DNA of 30,190 nucleotides. It comes from a bacterium. GTDB taxonomy: Bacteria > SAR324 > NAC60-12. The notes under the pieces were generated by a model. It ran no database searches, was not told the origin of the DNA, and saw nothing but the letters and a program-made list of their open reading frames with translations. Below, in pieces: positions 23,401 through 30,190 of the stretch (positions within the stretch are counted from its first letter, which is position 1; the number at the start of each line of letters is the position of its first letter). The DNA lies in NCBI GenBank assembly GCA_965233585.1, contig CBDDTI010000315.1:1-30190 (forward strand), written 5' to 3'. Position numbers and translations under genes: made by a program.

Positions 23401-26400
23401 GGTCTGTGTTTTTGTTGCTCAACTTCCCAACGAGTGAGTGCAATTTTTGTTGCCCAGTTGATTTGCGATGGTCCTGGATTTCTGGCTCAAATGAGAATCA
23501 ATATCCTCCAGATATTTTTGAATCGAACGCACGCAAACTCGCAAACTTTCTGAAACATCAACCAACCCACCATATCCCCGCTGGACAATTAAGCTGCATA
23601 AGCAGCTTTTCAACTGCTGAAGAAAATGATGGTGCTGAGCTGCAGAGCCTCTGAAACTTGGACTGTCCTGTCAATCATACGTAGCCATAGCAACCTCGCA
23701 TACATCCTTTGACTTAAGTAGCTTGCGTACCCCTCCAGTCGGTCCAATGGAGATCAGTTTGGCTTGCAATTTGCGGGTCGTTCTTCCCAGCGGTCGCTGC
23801 GAAATTGTGGCAGTTCCACAGGATTCACGCGTTTTTGCCTTGAAAGAGGCTGCTCAACGAGCTCTTCAACAGGGATTCCTGAGATTGGTCGCTGGTGACG
23901 TGCGACTAGATGGGATGCAAACTTTGGAGGCCTGTGGCTTAAGGGATGGAGACAGTCTCACAGCAGTAGCACTTCCAACCAGGGTTGCGGCAACTGAACG
24001 AGCCTTTGCCATGTGGTGCCCAGGAGGGGACCGGATCGTCACATGGGGCGATCCTGCGTACGGAGGTGGAAGCTTTGAAGCGCATGAGAGGTTCCGAACA
24101 GTGCAATACGTGCAAGCGACACATCGTGCCTTTGCTGCCATCCTTGGTGATGGACGCGTCATTGCTAAGGGCAACGCTGGTTATGGTGGGGACAGCTCGA
24201 GAGTCCAAGATCGCTTAAGGAACGTTCAGCAGCTGGTCTCTACACTACGTGCCTTTGCTGCGATTCTGGAAAATGGAAGTGTTGTGACCTGGGGCCACGA
24301 CGAATATGGTGGCGATAGCTCCAATATCCAGCACCAACTGCAAGAGGTACGACACGTCCACAGCACGGATCAAGCCTTTGCAGCGATTCTGTCCACTGGA
24401 CGAGTTGTTGCTTGGGGCCTGCATCAGTGGGGCGGCGACTGCCCCACGGTCCAAGGGCTGCGAGACGTGCAGAGATTGGAGGCCACGGGTGGTGCTTTTG
24501 CTGCACTACTCTCAGATGGAAGGGTCGCGACCTGGGGACATGCTGACTTCGGAGGTGACAGCATTTAAGACCTGTTGAGACGAAGTTTTGAAATCCTAAC
24601 CTTTTAAGTTTCATTTGAAATCTTGGAATGGAATCTCTTTGACCATAAACATACCTTTCCCACAGGGAAGACATCCAAGCTGAGGCGCTTCGGTGGCCAA
24701 TCTCTTGACGGATGTGAAAGAAGTGAAGGCCAACATGCGCGCTTTTACTGCTTTGTTGTCTACTGGCTCTGTGATCACCTGGGGCCATCCGCGCTACGGG
24801 GGTGACAGCTCTGAGGTTCAACATCTGTTGATTGATGTCGAACGGATCCATCCCAGTAAGGGCGGGGCCTTCGCAGCCGTCTTGGCAAATGGTACGGTGG
24901 TGACCTGGGGGCTTCCAGCCTATGGAGGCGACAGTTCGGCAGTGCAACCTCTGCGAAATGTGCGGCAGGCGGGGGAAACGAGTGGGTGATGGGTTGGACT
25001 TTGGACCCATCAACTAAGATGTATATATATATATTTATACAGTATAATTATATATATATAGGTCTGTGTAAAAAGAAAAGATACCCCCAAATCCAAGGTT
25101 ATGAATGTAATGAATTGTAATGATCATTTTTCCTGCTCAGTGCTGCACATGTCTAGTTGGGATTCGTTGTTTGGCCATCCAAGAATGTTTTTTTTTGGTA
25201 CTGTCTGGCAATCTCAGATAAATCAGATAACTTTTTCGTAGATGGCCAATGTTGCGATGATTTAACAAACACTGGTCTTTACAATCGGTATGTTACATTA
25301 CCATGTCGGACATCCGTTCCAAAGACCTGGAAGTTGCGGCAAAAAAAGTGCCAGGTTCAAGCCACCTCCGGAGCCTTTGCAGCGACTGTCTCCGATGGTT
25401 CGATCGTCACTTGGGGCGATTCCAGGTATGGAGGGGACAGCTCTGGGGTCCATGATCGGCTGAGGAATGTGCAGCAGATCCACTCGACGTCGCGTGCGTT
25501 TGCTGCCATTCTGATGGATGGACAAGTAGTGACCTGGGGCGATTTTGGCTTTGGGGGCAACTGCAACAGGGTCAGGGAGCAGTTCACGTTGATGTCGTGA
25601 CGGCCAAAGTGCTGCGTCTCCGCTTGTTTGAAAAGCTGCCCAAAGTGGCAGCACTTCAGGATCAAGGCAGTGGTCAAGTTGACCTTGGCGCTCCAAGGGG
25701 TTGCGACTTGAGACATGGAGATTGTGAGTCTGCTAGTGACTGCTAGTTGTATCTTGGAAGTGAAGAGTATCTGGTAGAATCTGGAGTGACAATGAGGGGA
25801 ATTTGACCACAGCTTTGGCTTCAGCAATGTTTCAAGAGCCAAAGAAATTTGCTCCTTAATCGAGACTTGCCTAGACAGTCAAAGTGCAAGGAAATATGTT
25901 TCTGGGTAAATTATGATGGCAAAAAAAGAGATCATCCCACAATAGCCTTAATTCAGGTTAGCGAATTATTATGATTTACCCAGATGTTTGAGTGGGGGTG
26001 CCTTTTACACGTCTAGTATCTTGCAGTTGTTCCACAAATAATTGAACGTAAATCGGCAGGATGATGGACAGGGCTCATGCTGCAGGTGGCTGCAGCAGCA
26101 GCGGCGATGATGAGGATGAGGATGAGGATGAGGATGATGATGATGATGATGACGACGACGACGACGATGATGATGATGATATTGATGATGATTGATGATG
26201 ATGGAATAATATGAACATGTTGTTCCATGATATTAACAGATATGATAAACATCCGAGTTAGTTTAATATAATCGTTATATCATTTATGTAAACCCTTTTT
26301 GATATCTATATAATATATCATGGTATATCCCATAATATCCCATATATGAATATCTATATATCATTATATATCCCATAATATCCCATATGTCTCCAGACTC

Positions 26401-29400
26401 TCCGACAGCCAGGATGGGCTGCTCGGCCAGTGAGGTGGTCTTGTACAGCAGTGCGCTGGGAAGTGTGCCTGGTTCCGCGGGACGTTGAGTGTTTTTTTGG
26501 TTGAAGAAAGCATCAAAAACCAAGAAGACCTGGAGATTTTCATGGGATTTATATGGTGTTCTGGTGATTCTATGGAGATTTTCATGGGATTTTTCATGGT
26601 GATGTTGTTTTTGTTTGATTTGATGATGATTTTTGATGTCGATGTCACTGGGATTTAATGGTAATTTCATGCTGATCGAATGGCGAATTCGACCAGCACG
26701 GTTCCAACACACCTACTGTGGTGATGGTGAAAAGGACATCCACCATGGCATGGTCACTAAGTAAGTAGCCTCCAGTTTAGACTCTAGTTTTATGAAACCT
26801 GGTGCTTCGGGGGTCGGAAAATCACTTGTAGATGAAGAATAATGAGTCAATGAGGGATCACTCCAAGGTGGAGATTACGCAGCATGTCTATTTGATTGTC
26901 TAATGTAAATGGATGCACATGGAATATTCTCGAGTCACATTTGAATCCCATTTCCGGAAACCATTCAATGTGTTCTTTATTCCCATCCGAAAATACTGTA
27001 AATGAATGTTTTCATGGCATGACACATCCCCTTAAAATGACTTTGATCAGGTGGCTGAAGCACCAACTATACACCAGTCAGCTTGACTGGTGGTTCGGGT
27101 TTTGGTCGGTGATACACCAAGCTGACCTTTATTTCCAGGGAATTCCAGGTACCAAATTTCCTACCAATCAACCCCTTAGGGTGTACCAAACTGACGATAA
27201 GTTGGTCCATTCTGAGCCATCCTTGGTGTTTTGGGGCCAAGCAATGAAAATATCTCCATTTTGCTCGTGAAATTCCGATGTTTGCTGGGGACATGGGATA
27301 CAGGATACATAATCTATCATAATATATCATAATATTATGTATAAATAAGATTAAATAAGTTAAGCAAATAAGGTAGATAAAAACTAAATAGCTATGTATA
27401 TATATATATATAGATCCAGATCCATACCTATCCTCATATCCTCACTTGAAAAACATAGTGACATGGAACATAGTCAAATTTAGTTGCGGACCGAATATCC
27501 TCATATCCCATACCCTCTGCTAATCAAACATGGCAATCGGAAATCCCCATTGGTATTCATGTTTTTCCGAGCCATAAACATCCATCTCTACCAGGTTTTC
27601 CAGCAAGCCACGTTTAATTATTGAAGGGTAAATAGGGATAAATCTCTGTTCTATTTCAAAACATTATTCATACCATATTAATTACACATATCATATCGAC
27701 ATAAATATATGTCGTTTGTGAATATGATAACTATAATATTTTTGTTGTGCCCATTCTCATATTTATAACACTATTATTCAATACGCACTATATTATCATA
27801 TTAATTATATGGTCATGAATGATAAATTTAGTTACCATTAAACATCCCAATTAGTCAATAGTTTTATTAAAACATAACAGGTATACATAGTCCCATCGTA
27901 TAGTATCCCATATTAATCCATATCATCATCCTATAGTTAAATTTAATTATATAATACTGTCTTAATCCAGTTATTCTTATTAATTATAATCAAAAATAGT
28001 ATCCCATATGTATCCCATAGTATAGTTATTCATATCCCATACCGGGTTCCCGGTATCAACATCGTTTTGCCGAAGACTGGGCCCTCCCCAGGTCTGGGCT
28101 CTGCTGGCGGAGGCCTTCACCGGTGAGCTGCTCCCCGCGCTGCGCCATTCCTGGGACCACCTGGAAGCGGCGCCGCGACACAAACATGGCGAGATCATGG
28201 GGATTTTTGAAGCACCAAACATGTCACAATAACCATGAAATATAGCTTATGGGCTTATGAGAGGGGATTTTGAACTACCAAACATGTCAAAACATGGTCG
28301 TTTTAGCAATGGAACATATCAAAAATGCTGGTAGAATGGGTATTTTCAACCACCAAAGCATGGGGAATTTCACCATGGACATGTCAAACATGGGATGTGT
28401 TATAAGGGGATTTTTATGGGAGGGTGATAGAATGGGGATTTTGAAGCCCCAAACATATCAAAACATGGTGGTTTCAAGTATGAAATAGAGCTTATGAATG
28501 GGATTTAACCACCAACCATATCAAGCATGGTGGTGGAATGGGGATTTAACCCTAAAATTGCATTTAATGGGGATATAATTTTTCATGGAATACGTGAACC
28601 AGCAAACATTGATGATCTGCCGAAACCTATCTAAGTGACATTCAGAAAACGGGACGCACAATTGTCATGGGGATGGTGAAGGGAGAACCAGCCGCAGATT
28701 TGCCATGGCCATATGAAGCTTTCAATTGACGGCTGCTTTTCCTAGCTTCTAGTTTGGTCAAGACCATAACAGAAAAAACTGTGGTTAAAGCATGAGTGGG
28801 CACGGGCCGAAAGTCCGCCACCCCCAAATAGGTTGGGGAACATTCTCCAAAAATCAACTCTGTTCATGTTTGATATCACCAAAGCAAACCACCAGGGTGA
28901 AAGGAGCCCCTAAACGATAGACATGGTATTAGAGCATCGGGCTGGCCACAGTTTTCGGTCACTTTGAATGGTAAATGACCCAAATTTTGATCCTTGAGGT
29001 GCCACTGATGCTTTTCGTGCCAAGCTCAGACATGACCTGCGGCAGGAATCCCAATGGGCTACGCGCCTGGCAGATTTCACACCCATGCAGACAATAAGAT
29101 TCCTTGCAGACCAGTGTAGCAATCCCCAAAAAGATAGAACAGTAAAGTCAAATCCTAGAAAAAAGTGGGAAGTAAGTTTTCTATCTTGTTTTTTCCTGGT
29201 GTATATATAATATATTTACTATTCCTTAAGAACTCTGCAGCTCCTGGTGAGGCGTCAGTCTTTGGTTATATCGCCCAGAGCGGGGTGCAGCTCGGCGGCA
29301 GCCAAGAAAGCGCCGTAGCATCAATGGCAAGGTGGAAGTGACCATCTTGGGGAAACTCAGATGTGGAAAATGGATGAACATTGCCCATTTATAGATGATT

Positions 29401-30119
29401 ACCCTCTGGTAAACATACAAAAAGCTATTGAAAATGGCCATTTATAGTGGATTTACCCATTAAGAAATGGTGATTTTCCATAGTTATGTTGGTTTACCAG
29501 AGGGTACCTATAAAACATGGTGATTTGAAGCCAGAGCTGTGTTAGTTTACAGGAGGGTCGATGTCATGATGTCATGAAAATGATTTCAGCACACGATGCT
29601 TAGACTTGGCATTGATGATATATATATATATATACATATATATATGTATATATATATATGTATATATATATGTATATATATACATATATCTGGGTAAATT
29701 ATAACGACCTCACTGTTCTCCCTCACTGGAATCATGGTTAGTAAGGGAAATCATCCCCTTTTATGGCCCAACAATTCAGGTTAGTGAATTATTATATTTT
29801 ACCCATATATATATATATACATACATATATACATATATAGATATATTTGTTGGGGAGGTTTGATTCGGACTTCTCATCCAGCTGGAAATAGTTGGAGCTT
29901 AACAGGTATCCACTGGCTTTTTGTGGGTTAAGATTCGGCCTCACTGTTTAGCCAACCATTATTCCGGGGGGTTAAGATTGGCCTGGGGTTGAGTTGAATC
30001 CACATGATGTCTACAAGATCTCTTCAAGTCTTCACTGAAAAATCTGCCAGGGCTGCTCCCAAGGTTGCTTCTCATCAAACACTTTGGCGCCACGGCTGCG
30101 GAGATTGTGAAGAGTTGTC
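17458..30119 (+). CDS. Host UAA-family nucleotide-sugar transporter (SLC35B3/PAPST2-like), partial; exons 17458-17510, 22029-22061, 22390-22489, 26413-26464, 28092-28166, (28999-29016 tentative), 29252-29286, 30064-30119
   Basis: Phase-compatible AG|exon|GT/GC joins give KKRYTVAQYAAVGLLTAGVVVFTLGDAKGRAFFNPVGIAFIVAGSLSDAMAANYEEKVFFSRMGCSASEVVLYSSALGSVWALLAEAFTGELLPALRHSWDHLE(VPLMLF)ASVFGYIAQSGVLLLIKHFGATAAEIVKSC. This follows the SLC35B motif order KRY / FTL.D / DA...N..EK / E.VLYS / LIK.FGA. 5' and 3' exons are not found in the window. Confidence 0.85.
17555..17710. repeat. Short intronic repeat built of direct and inverted CAGTGA / ATATATCCACT / AGTGGATA motifs
   Basis: ATATATCCACT occurs three times, with GACTAATAGTGGATA and its reverse complement TATCCACTATTAGTC. 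Confidence 0.6.
18055..18560. repeat. 16-bp minisatellite (TCTTCACATCTGCTCA)n followed by a CT-rich tract
   Basis: Direct reading; the array runs to ~18440, then polypyrimidine. Confidence 0.95.
18600..20326. repeat. 72-bp satellite, 24 units
   Basis: GCACGAAATGAGGGTCGATGCGCAAAAACTGAGGAAAAATTGCGATTTTACTTGTGCCGGAGCAACCCTTTC; starts at 18609, 18681 and so on, with no spacers. Confidence 0.98.
20330..21785. repeat. 16-bp minisatellite (TGTGTGTAAAAGCGTC)n, about 90 units
   Basis: Direct reading. Confidence 0.98.
22970..23165. mobile_element. Two adjacent degenerate MITE copies of the TACCCTCTGGT family
   Basis: CCATCTGGTAATTTAACATAACTATGGAAAATCACCATT... is a diverged reverse-orientation copy of 23262-23365. 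A second runs TACCATCTGGTAATG...ATTACCGGAGGG. Confidence 0.65.
23262..23365. mobile_element. 104-bp MITE with perfect 27-bp terminal inverted repeats including terminal TA
   Basis: TACCCTCTGGTGAACTAACATAGCAAT ... ATTGCTATGTTAGTTCACCAGAGGGTA. Confidence 0.9.
23747..25600 (+). CDS. Ubiquitin-like domain + RCC1-like repeat protein (447 aa); exons 23747-24560, 24685-24968, 25355-25600
   Basis: The N-terminal LPSGR...LKEAAQ...LRLV...TLEACGLRDGDSLTAV is ubiquitin-like, followed by repeats AFAAIL.DG.VVTWG...YGGDSS.VQ..L.NVQQ. Two GC-AG introns restore GGDS|ASVANLL and NVRQ|VQATSGAF; 1344 nt, open frame. Confidence 0.88.
25901..25985. mobile_element. Short MITE, family 2 (internally deleted)
   Basis: TCTGGGTAAATTATGAT ... 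ATTATGATTTACCCAGA inverted ends; shares AATTCAGGTTAG.GAATTATTAT with 29687-29809. Confidence 0.7.
26090..26205. repeat. Compound trinucleotide microsatellite (GCA/GAT/GAG/GAC)
   Basis: Direct reading. Confidence 0.9.
27511..27630. mobile_element. Degenerate TACCCTCTG-family MITE
   Basis: TACCCTCTGCTAATCAAACATGGC ... GCCACGTTTAATTATTGAAGGGTA imperfect inverted ends. Confidence 0.6.
29400..29506. mobile_element. TACCCTCTGGT-family MITE
   Basis: TACCCTCTGGTAAAC ... GTTTACCAGAGGGTA; interior TTGAAAATGGCCATTTATAGTGGATTT is shared with 23262-23365. Confidence 0.85.
29687..29809. mobile_element. MITE family 2 embedded in a (TA)n microsatellite
   Basis: TATCTGGGTAAATTATAA ... TTATATTTTACCCATATA; TA tracts at ~29618-29690 and ~29805-29845. 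Confidence 0.75.
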
Positions 30120-30190
30120 GCCCTTTGGCTCGAATGGCAAGGAGATTTACCGGTCCCCAGAGGTGGAATCTCTAATGGGAGAATGAGGGG

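Noticed and set aside
24240..25842. Minus-strand ORFs over the RCC1-repeat gene
   Set aside because: Antisense shadows of a GC-rich coding region with no recognisable motifs.

Overview
This is eukaryotic DNA, most likely a dinoflagellate of Symbiodiniaceae type, inferred from GC/GA splice donors, micro-exons, a ubiquitin-like + RCC1-repeat gene and TA-flanked MITEs. Left part (1-~16.8 kb): two near-identical, mirror-image copies of an AT-rich, intronless Polinton/Maverick-like module (protein-primed PolB, GIY-YIG endonuclease remnant, retroviral-type DDE integrase, small zinc-finger ORF). Arm A (1-3416) runs off the window. Arm B (9448-~16800) also carries the PolB N-terminus, an F-box-like remnant and a second Zn-finger gene. 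The arms enclose a unique ~6 kb core holding a 22-bp array, a spliced P-loop ATPase gene whose Walker A lysine is replaced by Glu, and duplicated intron-like segments. No capsid, packaging ATPase or maturation protease gene is recognisable. Right part: a host SLC35B3/PAPST2-like nucleotide-sugar transporter, absent from the ORF track, reconstructed from 7-8 micro-exons (17458-30119). Its introns hold a ~4 kb satellite-filled element with subterminal inverted repeats, a complete same-strand ubiquitin-like/RCC1-repeat gene, and several MITEs. All family assignments come from motif recognition by eye; no database searches were run.
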